Notes under the pieces: model-generated | Told to the model about the DNA's origin: nothing | Databases searched by the model: none | What the model saw: only the letters and a program-made list of their open reading frames with translations | Assembly (NCBI GenBank): GCA_019695215.1 | Contig: JAIBAK010000007.1 | Span: forward strand, 1,149-65,148 | Reading direction: 5' to 3' | From: Bacteroidia bacterium | Lineage (GTDB): Bacteria; Bacteroidota; Bacteroidia; UKL13-3 | DNA: 64,000 bases | Translations under genes and position numbers: made by a program | Part shown: piece after piece, positions 31,858-42,771 of the stretch | How positions within the stretch are numbered: position 1 is the stretch's first letter | Layout of the letters: each line of letters opens with the position of its first letter

Positions 31858-31898
31858 TTTTTTGTCTTTTTTGCCTAATTCCGACAAAAATGACCAAG

Positions 31899-31979
31899 TG
31901 GGGAGAGAAGGATTCGAACCTTCGAAGATTTCTCAACGGATTTACAGTCCGTCCCATTTGGCCACTCTGGTATCTCCCC
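31899..31979 (-). tRNA. tRNA-Tyr (anticodon GTA), with a long variable arm
   Basis: GGGGAGATACCAGAGTGGCCAAATGGGACGGACTGTAAATCCGTTGAGAAATCTTCGAAGGTTCGAATCCTTCTCTCCCC. Confidence 0.85.
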
Positions 31980-31989
31980 AAAACCACAG

Positions 31990-32062
31990 AGCCACTTGCC
32001 GGAGTCGAACCAGCGACCTACTGATTACAAATCAGTTGCTCTACCAGCTGAGCTAAAGTGGC
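31990..32062 (-). tRNA. tRNA-Thr (anticodon TGT)
   Basis: GCCACTTTAGCTCAGCTGGTAGAGC...TTTGTAA loop...GGTTCGACTCCGGCAAGTGGC. Confidence 0.85.
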
Positions 32063-32181
32063 ATCAGGATTTTATCCTAATAAAATATGTTGAGAACAAC
32101 CTTTTGAAAACGACTATTTTTTCAAAAGGACTGCAAATGTAGAGAAAAAAACGTTATATGGAAATTTTAGCTGATTTTTTT

Positions 32182-32481
32182 TTACTTGGCTCTCAGCTTC
32201 TCATTATAGCGTTTTACCTGCGTTTTTAACTGATCAACGGCTAAATCAGTGGCTGCTTCAAACGATACAGAGGTGTGTTCGGCAAAAAGTGGCTTTTGAT
32301 TAACGTTTATCTTGATTTCCACTTGTTTATTTTCTTTTTCAGCTGCTTTCTGCACCTTTAAATAAACCTCTGCCCCTTTTATACTATCGTGGAATGTTCC
32401 GAGTTTACTTACCTTACGCTCAATGTAATCAATCAATTTGTGATCGGCATCAAAATGAATGGATTGAATTTCAATTTTCAT
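32182..32481 (-). CDS. hpf: Ribosome hibernation promoting factor / RaiA
   Basis: A 99-aa YfiA/HPF fold: MKIEIQSIHFDADHKLIDYIERKVSKLGTF... Confidence 0.85.
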   Translation of the reverse strand: MKIEIQSIHFDADHKLIDYIERKVSKLGTFHDSIKGAEVYLKVQKAAEKENKQVEIKINVNQKPLFAEHTSVSFEAATDLAVDQLKTQVKRYNEKLRAK

Positions 32482-32571
32482 AAATCACTTTAATTTGTAA
32501 AAGCTCTGGGTTGCTCCCGTTTCAACCCCGGGCTTTTGGTTTTACATTATATTTTATCGGGAACGCTTTCA

Positions 32572-33459
32572 TTATGACTTAGGGTGGGCTTGTTTGTGAA
32601 CATTCTTCAGCCGTTCTATGCTGTTATGAGTATAAACCTGCGTAGCCGAAAGATTCGCATGGCCCAGCAATTCTTTTATAGCATTTAAATCAGCTCCTTT
32701 ATTTAATAGGTGTGTTGCAAAAGTATGCCTGAGTACGTGAGGGCTTTTTTTATCAATTGTCGTAACCATACTTAAAAAACGATTTACAACCAGATAGGCA
32801 AATTTAGGATATAATTTAACTCCTTTATCACTGCACAATAATTCGGGATTTGAAAAACCGCACTGATTTTTGAGACCGAGGTAATTATTGATGCTTTTCT
32901 CTAACTCTTTTACCATTGGTATAATACGTTCTTTGTTCCGTTTACCCAGCACTTTCAGTGTCTTTCTCGAAAAATCCAAATCAGATTCAAGTAAGCCCAG
33001 TAGCTCTGATAATCGAATGCCCGTACAATATAGCAATTCTATAATTAATTTATTTCTGACTCCGGCAAAATCATTTGTAAAAAGCTCTTGCTCAAGCAAT
33101 ATTTCCATCCCTTTTTCTTCTACAAAGGCCGGAAGTTTTTTGGACGTTTTGGGGGCCTGCACCTTTAATAAGGGATTCTTTTGTATGATGCCTTCTTTGA
33201 GCAGGTATTTATAGAAGGTTTTTAGGGCTGAAAGCTTTCGGTTTACCGATCGGGGGTCGTTCCCGGTATTAAGCAATTCAACCATCCAGCTTCGTATCAC
33301 TGAATGGTTGACCTGATGTATAGAATCTATTTGATATTGTTGCTGCACATAAGACGAAAACTGATTCAAATCGTTTTCGTACGAGGTGGCTGTGTGTCCA
33401 GAATATTTTTTCTGGAAGGTTAGATATTCAAGGAAACCTGTAATTAGTTCAGGTTCCAT
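32572..33459 (-). CDS. xerC: Tyrosine recombinase XerC/XerD family
   Basis: C-terminal catalytic HxxR...Y region (VLRHTFATHLL...LLGHANLSATQVYTH). It sits in the housekeeping rpsU-xerC-hpf context. Confidence 0.8.
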   Translation of the reverse strand: MEPELITGFLEYLTFQKKYSGHTATSYENDLNQFSSYVQQQYQIDSIHQVNHSVIRSWMVELLNTGNDPRSVNRKLSALKTFYKYLLKEGIIQKNPLLKVQAPKTSKKLPAFVEEKGMEILLEQELFTNDFAGVRNKLIIELLYCTGIRLSELLGLLESDLDFSRKTLKVLGKRNKERIIPMVKELEKSINNYLGLKNQCGFSNPELLCSDKGVKLYPKFAYLVVNRFLSMVTTIDKKSPHVLRHTFATHLLNKGADLNAIKELLGHANLSATQVYTHNSIERLKNVHKQAHPKS

Positions 33460-33465
33460 AAATAA

Positions 33466-33660
33466 TTACGCGATACTTTCTGCTTGTATAAATTGCTTGT
33501 AGGCAGCGCGAATAACCTGTTGTCTGCGTTTAATGCAGGGCTTGGTAAATGATTGTCTTTCTCTGAGTTCTTTTACAACACCTGTTTTTTCAAATTTCTT
33601 TTTGAACTTTTTCAGCGCTTTGTCAAGTGACTCGTTTTCTTTTACGTTTACAATGATCAT
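33466..33660 (-). CDS. rpsU: 30S ribosomal protein S21
   Basis: A 64-aa basic protein, MIIVNVKENESLDKALKKFKKKFEKTGV... Confidence 0.9.
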   Translation of the reverse strand: MIIVNVKENESLDKALKKFKKKFEKTGVVKELRERQSFTKPCIKRRQQVIRAAYKQFIQAESIA

Positions 33661-33725
33661 ACAACTATTTTGAAAAATTGGACTGCAAATATAGAAGGTA
33701 CCTGTTAATTTTCAAAGTTTTAAAT

Positions 33726-34925
33726 TTAATCCTTTAAAACACTTCTCGAAATCACAAGTTTCTGAATTTCAGACGTTCCCTCTCCAATGGTGCAAAGTTT
33801 TGAATCGCGATAGAACTTTTCAACGGGAAAGTCTTTGGTATAACCATACCCGCCAAAAATCTGAACAGCCTCAGTTGATGCCCATACAGCTGTTTCTGAA
33901 GTATAGTATTTGGCCATGGCCGATTGTTTGGTAACCGGAAGTCCTTTGTTTTTTAAATCGGCTGCCTGCAAAGTCAGAAGTTCGGCTGCTTCAATGCGGG
34001 TAGCCATATCGGCCAGTTTAAAAGAAATAGCCTGAAAATTTGAAATAGGCTGCCCGAACTGATGACGCTCTTTGGAATATTTTACAGCCGCTTCGTAAGC
34101 TCCTTTGGCAATACCCAATCCAAGGGAAGCAATGGAGATTCTTCCTCCGTCAAGTACTTTCATGGCCTGAACAAAACCGTCTCCCACGTTTCCCAAAATA
34201 TTATCCTTATGGATCCGGCAGTCTTCAAAAATAAGCTCGGCCGTTTCGCTGGCACGCATACCCAGCTTGTTTTCCTTTTTCCCGCCTTTAAATCCGGGCG
34301 TTCCCCGTTCAACTACAAAAGCAGTAATACCACGGGAATCCAATAATTCTCCGGTTCGTACTAACACAACAGCCACATTACCCGATATGCCATGGGTAAT
34401 CCAGTTTTTGGTTCCGTTTATTACCCAATAATCTCCATCTTGTTTGGCCACGCATTGCATTCGCATAGCATCTGATCCGGTATTTGCTTCGGTTAAACCC
34501 CAGGCTCCAATCCATTCTCCCGAGGCAAGCTTAGGTAACCACTTCTTTTTTTGTTCTTCATTCCCAAATTGCAAAATATGACCTGTGCATAATGAATTAT
34601 GCGCAGCCATCGACAATCCAACCGAACCGCAAACTTTAGCCAGCTCAACTATAGCGGTTACATATTCTAAATAACCAAAACCAGCTCCGCCATATTGCTC
34701 GGGCACCAACACACCAAGCAACCCAAGTTTCCCCATTTCGGCAAACATTTCGCGGGGAAAAATCTGTTGCTCGTCCCACTCCATAATATTTGGACGAATA
34801 TGCTTTTCGGCAAAATCCCGAACCATTCCGGCTACCATTTTTTGATTTTCGGTTTGGCTGAAATGCATTTGCGAAGTGGATTCTGAACTGCTCATAGACT
34901 TAACGTTACTAAAATTAAACGGCAA
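33726..34925 (-). CDS. Acyl-CoA dehydrogenase
   Basis: Middle and C-terminal domains of the acyl-CoA dehydrogenase family, including GGYGY. Confidence 0.85.
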   Translation of the reverse strand: MPFNFSNVKSMSSSESTSQMHFSQTENQKMVAGMVRDFAEKHIRPNIMEWDEQQIFPREMFAEMGKLGLLGVLVPEQYGGAGFGYLEYVTAIVELAKVCGSVGLSMAAHNSLCTGHILQFGNEEQKKKWLPKLASGEWIGAWGLTEANTGSDAMRMQCVAKQDGDYWVINGTKNWITHGISGNVAVVLVRTGELLDSRGITAFVVERGTPGFKGGKKENKLGMRASETAELIFEDCRIHKDNILGNVGDGFVQAMKVLDGGRISIASLGLGIAKGAYEAAVKYSKERHQFGQPISNFQAISFKLADMATRIEAAELLTLQAADLKNKGLPVTKQSAMAKYYTSETAVWASTEAVQIFGGYGYTKDFPVEKFYRDSKLCTIGEGTSEIQKLVISRSVLKD

Positions 34926-34976
34926 AAGTAAGAAATGCCCTTGTAAAGTTCGCTATTCAAAGGCAATATATTGTAT

Positions 34977-35921
34977 TTACTCGAAGTCTATATATGGTTG
35001 AATTTGAGAAATAGTGCTGTCCGAAACCAAAACCACTTTTCTTAAATCGTCAACCGAACGATAAGGACCGTGCTGGTCCCGGTAGTTAATGATTGCCCTG
35101 GCAATATTAAACCGCCATATATAAGGATGATTCTTTAACTGCTCAACAGTTGCTGCATTAATTTTTATTTTTTGAATGGCTTCAGCCTTTACGGATACCT
35201 GTGAATTTACCAGTTGGAATAATGAATCGGTAAATCCCCATACTTCCATCAACTGTTCAGGCTTTATAAATCCGCCAAGCTGATTCCTGTATTTTAAAAT
35301 TCGTCTGGCAAATGAAGGCCCTATACCTTTAAGCGAAACCAACTGAGCCGAATCTGCAGAATTCAGGTCGAGTGCCGCTTTTGATTTTGGTTCAAAAACT
35401 GCCCGGGGTTGAAAGTTCTTTTTGTTTTCACTTGCAGCAGGTGAAACTGAATCGGGCAAAAGAATATATGCCTCAATTTTGTCAAATAAAGCTTCATCTA
35501 TACTGTATAATTTCAGCAAATCCGTTTTTTTCTTAAAATGCCCTCCGGCCCGCAAATAGTGCTGAATGTTTTGAATTTGCCGTTTAGTGAATCCCAGCTT
35601 CTGTCCGTCTGCTTCGCTCAGTCTATTTGGATCAAAAGGAAATAATCCGGTAAGGTCAGAGGACTGGTGTGCATCGTTGTTTCCTGCAACAATGGCCTGA
35701 GACCTGTTTTCTGCTGTTAAAGTATCCTTGTGGTTTTGCATTTGAAGCATTGCCGCATCGGCCAGTTGCAGCAATTCCTTTTGGGGCGACACCCACAATG
35801 GCATAGTTACATAGACAATTAAAGTTATTGCCAGCAACACCAGCAGCAATAACACTCCGCGCCTTTCACTAACAGAAAATGCGAATAGCAGACGCAACTG
35901 GCGTTTTAACTCCTTCCACAT
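34977..35921 (-). CDS. ComEA-like helix-hairpin-helix DNA-binding protein
   Basis: N-terminal TM helix, then two HhH motifs (LNSADSAQLVSLKGIGPSFARRIL... and INAATVEQLKNHPYI...). Confidence 0.65.
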   Translation of the reverse strand: MWKELKRQLRLLFAFSVSERRGVLLLLVLLAITLIVYVTMPLWVSPQKELLQLADAAMLQMQNHKDTLTAENRSQAIVAGNNDAHQSSDLTGLFPFDPNRLSEADGQKLGFTKRQIQNIQHYLRAGGHFKKKTDLLKLYSIDEALFDKIEAYILLPDSVSPAASENKKNFQPRAVFEPKSKAALDLNSADSAQLVSLKGIGPSFARRILKYRNQLGGFIKPEQLMEVWGFTDSLFQLVNSQVSVKAEAIQKIKINAATVEQLKNHPYIWRFNIARAIINYRDQHGPYRSVDDLRKVVLVSDSTISQIQPYIDFE

Positions 35922-36033
35922 AAATGACGGTTTAACAGGGGTACAAAGTCAGTAAATATGGGCAATTTTTGACTGACCTTCAGTCGGTTTAAATGAGAAT
36001 ACAAATAATTCATAGCAGACATAGTATTTAGAT

Positions 36034-36951
36034 TTAGTGATTACTTAGTGTAAGCTGATTATTTAAAATCTGAAGCCCCTCCTCAAAGCTTTTAGGGGTA
36101 TATCCGAGATTTACTTTCGCCTTATACAGAATAAAACCTGTGATGGGGGGGCGTTGTGCCGGTTGTTTTATATCTGTACTTTTTGCCCGCCTGATAAGTG
36201 ATTTATCTAACTTCCAAAAATCGGCCACCCGCAAGGCAAGGTCATACACACTCATAAAATCTTTACCTGAAATATGGAAAACCCCTGTAGCTCCCTTTTC
36301 GGCAATAAGAATACAGCCCGCTGCTAAATCTTCGGCAAGAGTTGGGGTTCTGAACTGGTCGTCAACCACCGGAATACTTTTGCCTTTTTCAAGCGCATCT
36401 TTTGCCCACAACACTATATTGCTACGGCTCATTCCATCCACCACTCCGTAAACTAACACGGTGCGAACAATAGCCCATTTGCACTTTGATTGCTGAACAA
36501 GCTTTTCGCCCTGCAATTTTGAATGTCCGTAAAAACTCAGCGGGTCAGGTTTTTCCTCTTCGCTTAGCGGGCCATGGGTTCCGTTAAAAATAAAATCAGT
36601 TGACAAATGAATTAAATGCGCCTGATGCTTTTCCGATGCTTCCACCAGATAACTCACCGCATCCACATTCATCCTCAAACAACCGCTGTGATCCTGTTCA
36701 CAAGCATCTACATTTGTCATGGCCGCAGTGTGGATTACAATATCGGGCCTCACATTTTGAAATACTTCTTCTACTTTGTTTTTATTTGTAATATCAAGTG
36801 AATGGTAGGTATATCCCGCGGTGAGTAAGCAGCGGTTTTCTCCTTTTGAAGTAGCTATTAGTTCAAAAGTATTACTCCCTGCCAGTGCGTGTATGAGCTT
36901 TTGCCCAAGCAATCCATTGCTTCCTGTAACTAATATTTTCTTCTTTAACAT
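36034..36951 (-). CDS. rfbD: SDR-family NAD(P)-dependent reductase, probably dTDP-4-dehydrorhamnose reductase
   Basis: N-terminal ILVTGSNGLLG Rossmann motif and YGHSKLQGE (YxxxK). About 300 aa, the usual RmlD size. Confidence 0.6.
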   Translation of the reverse strand: MLKKKILVTGSNGLLGQKLIHALAGSNTFELIATSKGENRCLLTAGYTYHSLDITNKNKVEEVFQNVRPDIVIHTAAMTNVDACEQDHSGCLRMNVDAVSYLVEASEKHQAHLIHLSTDFIFNGTHGPLSEEEKPDPLSFYGHSKLQGEKLVQQSKCKWAIVRTVLVYGVVDGMSRSNIVLWAKDALEKGKSIPVVDDQFRTPTLAEDLAAGCILIAEKGATGVFHISGKDFMSVYDLALRVADFWKLDKSLIRRAKSTDIKQPAQRPPITGFILYKAKVNLGYTPKSFEEGLQILNNQLTLSNH

Positions 36952-36973
36952 TTAGGTAATCAGATTAAGCTAC

Positions 36974-38092
36974 TTAAAGTGTTTTAATGTAGCACCGTTT
37001 GCGTTTATGCTGAATGTGCTCGTAGTTTTTCCAAACCTGAATGGCTTTTTCGTTTGTTTCAAACATTCCGGTTGTTTCAGTGTAATAAATTCCCATATCC
37101 AGCATTGACTTTTGAAGCTCGGTAATTAATATGGCCGGAACTCCCTGTGCCTGCATTTTGGGATGAACACCCGTTAATATTAAATCCATTACTTTGGGTT
37201 TTTGCAATGCCTTTTTTAAATGCCACCACCCAAATGGCCAAAGTTTTCCATTTGCTTTTTGCATGGCTTCGGACAGAGATGGCATCCCGATAATAAAACC
37301 AACCATTTGCCCTTCCTTGTCAAGCACTACTTTTACCAGTTTAGGATTAAGAAAAGTCATGTATTTATTTACGTAATAATCCCGCATGTGATCGTTGAGC
37401 GGCACCACGCTGAATAATTCGGCAAATGCTTCATTCAATAAATGGAAAATACCATGGGCATATTTTTTTAACTCATCATATGAAGTAAAAGATATTACCT
37501 TGAGTCCGAACCGCTCTTTAATCAGTTCATTTAACCGTAAAGCCTTTTCAGGAATTTCACGGGTAGTAAGGCGAAACTCCACCCAATCTACTTCTTTGGT
37601 ATAACCAAGCTGCTCTACGTGCTTATGGTAATAAGGCATATGGTATACCGATGCCACAGAGGGTAAATGATCAAAACCTTCAACCAACATCCCCTGATGG
37701 TCGAGGTTGGTAAAACCCAATGGACCCTGAATTTTGTTCATTCCTTTACTGCGGGCCCAATTTTCGGCTGTATTCAAAAGTGCCCGTGAAACTTCAATAT
37801 CATCAATTACCTCAAAACGGGTAAACCGAGCTGTTTTTTCATTTTTCTTTTCGTTCCATAAAGTATTGATAATGCCTCCCAGCCTTCCTACCACCTCCCC
37901 GTCTTTATAGGCCAGCCACCATTTAACATCGCAAAATTCAAATGCCGGATTACGAGTAGGTACAAGCGCGTTATACTCCTGACTTATGAGATGAGGAACC
38001 CAATACCGATTGTTCCGGTAAATATTAAACGGTAGCTTTACAAAAGCTTTTAATTCCTTTTCTGAAAGTGCCTCTTTGATTGTTATTGACAT
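36974..38092 (-). CDS. Hypothetical protein, GNAT-like acyltransferase fold suspected
   Basis: Long ORF with coding-like composition; weak acyl-CoA N-acyltransferase-like features. Confidence 0.4.
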   Translation of the reverse strand: MSITIKEALSEKELKAFVKLPFNIYRNNRYWVPHLISQEYNALVPTRNPAFEFCDVKWWLAYKDGEVVGRLGGIINTLWNEKKNEKTARFTRFEVIDDIEVSRALLNTAENWARSKGMNKIQGPLGFTNLDHQGMLVEGFDHLPSVASVYHMPYYHKHVEQLGYTKEVDWVEFRLTTREIPEKALRLNELIKERFGLKVISFTSYDELKKYAHGIFHLLNEAFAELFSVVPLNDHMRDYYVNKYMTFLNPKLVKVVLDKEGQMVGFIIGMPSLSEAMQKANGKLWPFGWWHLKKALQKPKVMDLILTGVHPKMQAQGVPAILITELQKSMLDMGIYYTETTGMFETNEKAIQVWKNYEHIQHKRKRCYIKTL

Positions 38093-38248
38093 GAGCTAAC
38101 CAACTTCTTATTCGCCAAATATATCTGATAAAAACCGTTGAGCAAAGTATAATTCTCTTATCTTTTTCAAAAACAGGTAAATGAATTTAATTTCTTCTGC
38201 CAATTTGTCACCAAAAATCCTACCTTTGCACCACTGTTATCCACAAAA

Positions 38249-39625
38249 ATGAGAGGATTAGTTGGAGATATCCCCGTTGCCACAGGCAGCAAGAATTTGT
38301 ACATTGAAACGTATGGCTGTGCTATGAATTTAGCAGATAGTGAAGTGGTGGCAAGCATTCTTTCAGAAAACGGCTACAAAACCACAAGCGATGTTAAAGA
38401 AGCAGATGTGGTATTTATTAATACCTGTGCCATCAGAGACAATGCCGAGTCGCGGGTATGGGGACGCCTGCGCGAACTGCGCACCGTAAAGAAGGGAAAG
38501 CCTGACTTGATAGTTGGAGTATTAGGCTGCATGGCCGAACGATTGAAATCTCAACTTCTGGAAAAAGAAAAACTGGTAGATGTAGTGGTAGGACCGGATG
38601 CCTACCGTGATTTACCAAAATTGTTAGAAACAGCCGAAGATGGAGAGAAAGCCGTAAATGTGCTCCTTTCTCGAGAGGAAACCTATGCTGAGATAAGTCC
38701 GGTTCGTTTAAACAGCAATGGAATAAATGCCTTCATATCTATAATGAGAGGCTGCAATAATATGTGCTCCTTCTGTGTAGTTCCGTTTACCCGGGGAAGA
38801 GAACGCAGCCGCGACCCGCATTCAATAATAAATGAAGCACAGGATTTATACGAAAAAGGCTACCGCGAAGTTACTCTGCTGGGGCAAAACGTAGATTCAT
38901 ATCACTGGAAGAATGAAGAAACCGGAGAAGAATGCAATTTTGCCCGGCTTATCGAAAAGGTTGCTGAAATAAATCCTCTGTTACGTATTCGCTTTTCAAG
39001 CTCGCACCCGAAGGATATTACAGATGAGGTACTTTATACAATGAAAAAGTACGAAAACATTTGCAATTATATTCACTTCCCGCTGCAGTCGGGTAACTCC
39101 CGCATCTTAAATCTGATGAACCGCACCTACGACAGAGAATGGTTTATACAGCGTTTAACTAAAATCAGGGAAATACTTCCCGATTGCGGCATATCAACCG
39201 ATGTGATTGCAGGCTTTTGTACCGAGACTGAGGAAGAACACAAAGATACCGTTGAATTATTTGCCTGGGCACAGTTTGATTTCGCATACATGTATCAATA
39301 CAGTGAACGACCCGGAACCCTTGCCGCTCGACAATTTAAAGATGATGTGCCTGAAGATGTAAAAAACCGAAGGCTATCCGAAATTATTAATTTGCAACAC
39401 AGCATTAGTGCTGCAAAAAACAAATTGCATATAGGTAAAACATATAAAGTATTAATTGAAGGACACTCAAAAAAATCGACAGACGATTTAGTTGGAAGAA
39501 ATGAACAAAATATAAAAGTAATATTCCCGAAGGAAAATCATTCACCGGGCGAGTATGTGCACGTGCTTATTGAGAGGAGCACCACTACAAGCCTTATTGG
39601 AAAAGTAATAATCCCTAAACCATAA
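38249..39625 (+). CDS. miaB: tRNA-2-methylthio-N6-dimethylallyladenosine synthase (radical SAM methylthiotransferase)
   Basis: UPF0004 N-terminal domain ([10 protein letters not shown]), radical-SAM CxxxCxxC (CNNMCSFC), TRAM C-terminus. Confidence 0.9.
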   Translation: MRGLVGDIPVATGSKNLYIETYGCAMNLADSEVVASILSENGYKTTSDVKEADVVFINTCAIRDNAESRVWGRLRELRTVKKGKPDLIVGVLGCMAERLKSQLLEKEKLVDVVVGPDAYRDLPKLLETAEDGEKAVNVLLSREETYAEISPVRLNSNGINAFISIMRGCNNMCSFCVVPFTRGRERSRDPHSIINEAQDLYEKGYREVTLLGQNVDSYHWKNEETGEECNFARLIEKVAEINPLLRIRFSSSHPKDITDEVLYTMKKYENICNYIHFPLQSGNSRILNLMNRTYDREWFIQRLTKIREILPDCGISTDVIAGFCTETEEEHKDTVELFAWAQFDFAYMYQYSERPGTLAARQFKDDVPEDVKNRRLSEIINLQHSISAAKNKLHIGKTYKVLIEGHSKKSTDDLVGRNEQNIKVIFPKENHSPGEYVHVLIERSTTTSLIGKVIIPKP

Positions 39626-39631
39626 AATGTT

Positions 39632-39991
39632 ATGAAAAAAGTTCAAGTATTCGCGTTTCTTGGCATTCTGATGATGGCAGCTGCCGGTTTAATGGCGTTT
39701 AATGTAAACTCCGAAACTACCACTCATGCCGGAACACCAAATGCCTATTTAAGTATTATTGCCGTTTCGGCTGAGGATTCCCTGTCGCTGGTATTAAGTG
39801 CGAAAGGGAAAACTTTTAAAACACTTAATTACCCAAACCGGGAAACGGCTTTTGACCTGACCCCCGCCCTTAACTGGGTACTGGAACTGGAAAAACAAGG
39901 CTATGATTTAATGAGCCAGTCAACAGCTTTTGACAGTAAACACGGCCACATGGTTTACACATTTTTAATGCGGAAAAAAGGACTTAAATGA
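39632..39991 (+). CDS. Hypothetical small secreted protein
   Basis: Signal peptide MKKVQVFAFLGILMMAAAGLMA. Its end overlaps the next gene by 4 nt. Confidence 0.45.
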   Translation: MKKVQVFAFLGILMMAAAGLMAFNVNSETTTHAGTPNAYLSIIAVSAEDSLSLVLSAKGKTFKTLNYPNRETAFDLTPALNWVLELEKQGYDLMSQSTAFDSKHGHMVYTFLMRKKGLK

Positions 39992-41253
39992 GTTCATTAC
40001 AGGAAGTAAAAAACCGTTTTGAAATAATAGGCAACTCACCGCTTCTAAACATTGCACTTGAAACTGCCATAAAGGTAGCTCCAACTGATATTTCGGTGCT
40101 TATAACTGGTGAAAGCGGGGTTGGGAAGGAAGCTTTTTCCAAAATTATTCATGCCCTTAGCAAAAGAAAACACGGGCCTTTCATTGCCGTGAATTGCGGA
40201 GCCATACCTGGCGGAACAATTGATTCAGAACTTTTCGGGCACGAAAAAGGTTCATTTACCGGAGCACATGAAACCCGAAAGGGATATTTTGAAACCGTAA
40301 ACGGAGGAACCATTTTTTTAGATGAGGTAGGCGAACTTCCGCTCGAAACGCAATCGCGACTGTTACGTATTCTTGAAAGCGGAGAATTTTTCAAAGTAGG
40401 ATCATCCAAAGTTCAAAAAACAGATGTGCGGGTAATTGCAGCTACCAACAGGGATTTACTTGAACTGGCTTCGCAGGGAAGATTTCGGGAAGATTTGTAT
40501 TACCGCCTTTGCACAGTTCCAATTAAGGTTCCCCCATTGAGAGAAAGAAAAGAAGATATTCCCACCATCTTCAGAAAATTTGCTATTGATTTAGCCGATG
40601 CTTACCATATGCAACCGGTAACACTCGATGCCGAAGCGCTTCGGTTGTTAACTAATTTCAGGTGGCCCGGCAATATCAGGCAGCTTAAAAACATTACCGA
40701 ACAACTATCGGTACTTGAGGAAAGCCGGATTGTAAATGCTGAAAATATTTTAAGATACCTGCCACAGGAAAGTTCATTACCGGCAATAAGTCATGCAAAC
40801 GGAAAAGACAATGGATTTTCGGAGCGTGATATTTTTTACAAGGTACTGTATGATATGCGCAAAGACGTATCAGATTTAAAAAAGTTGGTAGTAGGCCTTA
40901 TTCAGCACAGTACAAACAAAGAAGAATTTATTGAGGATAATCAGGAATTGATTGGAACACTTTTTAACAATGAAGCTATCGGAAACCAGGCTACTAAAAT
41001 AGAACCGGCCCCGGTGGTTAACCGGTCAAATTTTGTGGTTACCGCCTACCCAAAAGAACAATTTATTGAAGCGAAAGAAACACATGCCGATACCATTACC
41101 GAATCGTTATCGCTGGAGGATAAAGAAATTGAAATGATACGAAAAGCGCTCGACAAGCATAAAGGCAGACGCAAAAAAGCTGCCGATGAACTGGGAATTT
41201 CAGAGCGCACCCTTTACCGTAAAATTAAACAATACAATATAGAAAGCGAATGA
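39988..41253 (+). CDS. Sigma-54-dependent transcriptional activator with an AAA+ sigma-54 interaction domain and a C-terminal Fis-type HTH, but no receiver domain
   Basis: GESGVGKE Walker A, GAFTGA-like motif (GSFTGA), ESGEF, C-terminal ...ELGISERTLYRKIKQY. Confidence 0.85.
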   Translation: MSSLQEVKNRFEIIGNSPLLNIALETAIKVAPTDISVLITGESGVGKEAFSKIIHALSKRKHGPFIAVNCGAIPGGTIDSELFGHEKGSFTGAHETRKGYFETVNGGTIFLDEVGELPLETQSRLLRILESGEFFKVGSSKVQKTDVRVIAATNRDLLELASQGRFREDLYYRLCTVPIKVPPLRERKEDIPTIFRKFAIDLADAYHMQPVTLDAEALRLLTNFRWPGNIRQLKNITEQLSVLEESRIVNAENILRYLPQESSLPAISHANGKDNGFSERDIFYKVLYDMRKDVSDLKKLVVGLIQHSTNKEEFIEDNQELIGTLFNNEAIGNQATKIEPAPVVNRSNFVVTAYPKEQFIEAKETHADTITESLSLEDKEIEMIRKALDKHKGRRKKAADELGISERTLYRKIKQYNIESE

Positions 41254-41765
41254 AGCGCTTACGCTGTTTAGTTCGAACCGGATTTGTTCCGCTGTTGTTT
41301 ATTCTGCTTTTTAACGGATGCAGCGTTTCTTTTAATGGTGTATCTATAGATCCCAATGCCAAAACAGTTTCCATTGCCTATATACAAAATGTGGCGCCTA
41401 TCATTTCTCCAAGGCTTAGCCAAACATTTACAGAAAAATTCAGGAATAAATTTGTAGTTGAAACAAAACTTCAGGTGGTTCCTAATGACGGAGACTTACA
41501 ATTCAGCGGAAAAATTACCGGGTTTACCAATGCCCCAGTTTCTATCAGCAGCAACCAAACAACTTCTCAAAACCGGCTAACTATTACTGCTACCATTAAA
41601 TTTGTAAATAAGCTTGATGAGAAGAAAAACTTCGAAAGCACATTTACTAACTTTGAGGATTACCCCAGTACCAAAAACTTCTCAAGTATAGAGAATGACC
41701 TTATTGATGCAGTAACAACAAAAATGATTCAGGACATTTTTAACAAAGCTGTTATTAACTGGTGA
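41250..41765 (+). CDS. LptE-like lipoprotein
   Basis: Lipoprotein signal (LLFNGCSV). Its size and the miaB/sigma-54-activator neighbourhood fit Bacteroidota LptE. Confidence 0.5.
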   Translation: MKRLRCLVRTGFVPLLFILLFNGCSVSFNGVSIDPNAKTVSIAYIQNVAPIISPRLSQTFTEKFRNKFVVETKLQVVPNDGDLQFSGKITGFTNAPVSISSNQTTSQNRLTITATIKFVNKLDEKKNFESTFTNFEDYPSTKNFSSIENDLIDAVTTKMIQDIFNKAVINW

Positions 41766-42766
41766 ACCGCGCGTTTTTTATACAATTATTGCAACAACCC
41801 CGGCTCAGCAACAAGGAGCAGGAAAATGATTTGCGCGAAATTGTGAACGCTTATCCGTACTTTCAGTCGGCACAGGTTTTACTTGCTAAAAATCTGCATA
41901 ACCAAAACAGTTACCTTTACGAAAAGCAGTTAAAAACGGCTGCTCTTTATGCAGGAAGCCGAAAGTTACTTTACCATTTCATTCAGCAACCTGAACATGA
42001 AACCCCGGAATTTGTAACCGAAACAGTTGTTGAAACTCATCCCCCCGCTACTGAACTCATTGTTGCAAACCTTCCGGCAGAAGAGCCAATACAACAGCCG
42101 CAGGAATCAATTCTTGAGCATACTGTTATTGAAGATAAATTGACTCCTGTTGCCGTTCCGCAAAAAGAAATTACTCCCGAACCCGCTATTGAACTCACTG
42201 CCGAATTAACAGAAACAACTCATCCGCCTGAGGAAATTACCACTATACAGGAGAACATTGCGATTGAAACTACCCGCGTTGACCAACCGGTAATTATACA
42301 CGCAAATGAGCCCCATAGTTTTGATGAGTGGCTGAATTTGATAAGTGGCAAATACCAAATTGATACGATTGACCCATCTAATGCGGATGAAGAACTGGCA
42401 GCAGACACACGGCTGATTAAGGAGGAAAAGTCAATTGAAGACGAAATAATTAAACCGGCTGCCGAAACTCCGGTAAATAAAAATAAAGCATTTGACACCG
42501 ATTCAATTATTGAGAAGTTTATTAAAGAAAGTCCAAGCATAAGCAGACCTAAGGCTGAGTTCTTTAATCCGGTGAATATGGCCAAAATAAGCATTGAAGA
42601 GGATGATGATTTAGCCACCGAAACACTGGCTAAAATTTATACCAAACAGGGTAACTATAAGAAGGCCATACGGATTTACGAAAAATTGTGTTTGAAATTT
42701 CCGGATAAAATGCCGTATTTCGTTGCCCTTATTCAAAAAATTAAATCGGATAATAAAATAGATTAA
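41762..42766 (+). CDS. Hypothetical protein with an acidic Pro/Glu/Thr-rich middle region and a C-terminal TPR-like helix
   Basis: Low-complexity ETPEFVTETVVETHPP... and a C-terminal ...AKIYTKQGNYKKAIRIYEKLCLKFPD. Confidence 0.45.
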   Translation: MNRAFFIQLLQQPRLSNKEQENDLREIVNAYPYFQSAQVLLAKNLHNQNSYLYEKQLKTAALYAGSRKLLYHFIQQPEHETPEFVTETVVETHPPATELIVANLPAEEPIQQPQESILEHTVIEDKLTPVAVPQKEITPEPAIELTAELTETTHPPEEITTIQENIAIETTRVDQPVIIHANEPHSFDEWLNLISGKYQIDTIDPSNADEELAADTRLIKEEKSIEDEIIKPAAETPVNKNKAFDTDSIIEKFIKESPSISRPKAEFFNPVNMAKISIEEDDDLATETLAKIYTKQGNYKKAIRIYEKLCLKFPDKMPYFVALIQKIKSDNKID

Positions 42767-42771
42767 AACAT

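Noticed and set aside
32572-33459. Tyrosine recombinase as a marker of an integrated mobile element
   Set aside because: It sits in the conserved rpsU-xerC-hpf housekeeping arrangement next to the tRNA-tuf cluster. No phage or conjugative genes or att-like repeats were found around it, so it is most likely chromosomal XerC/XerD.
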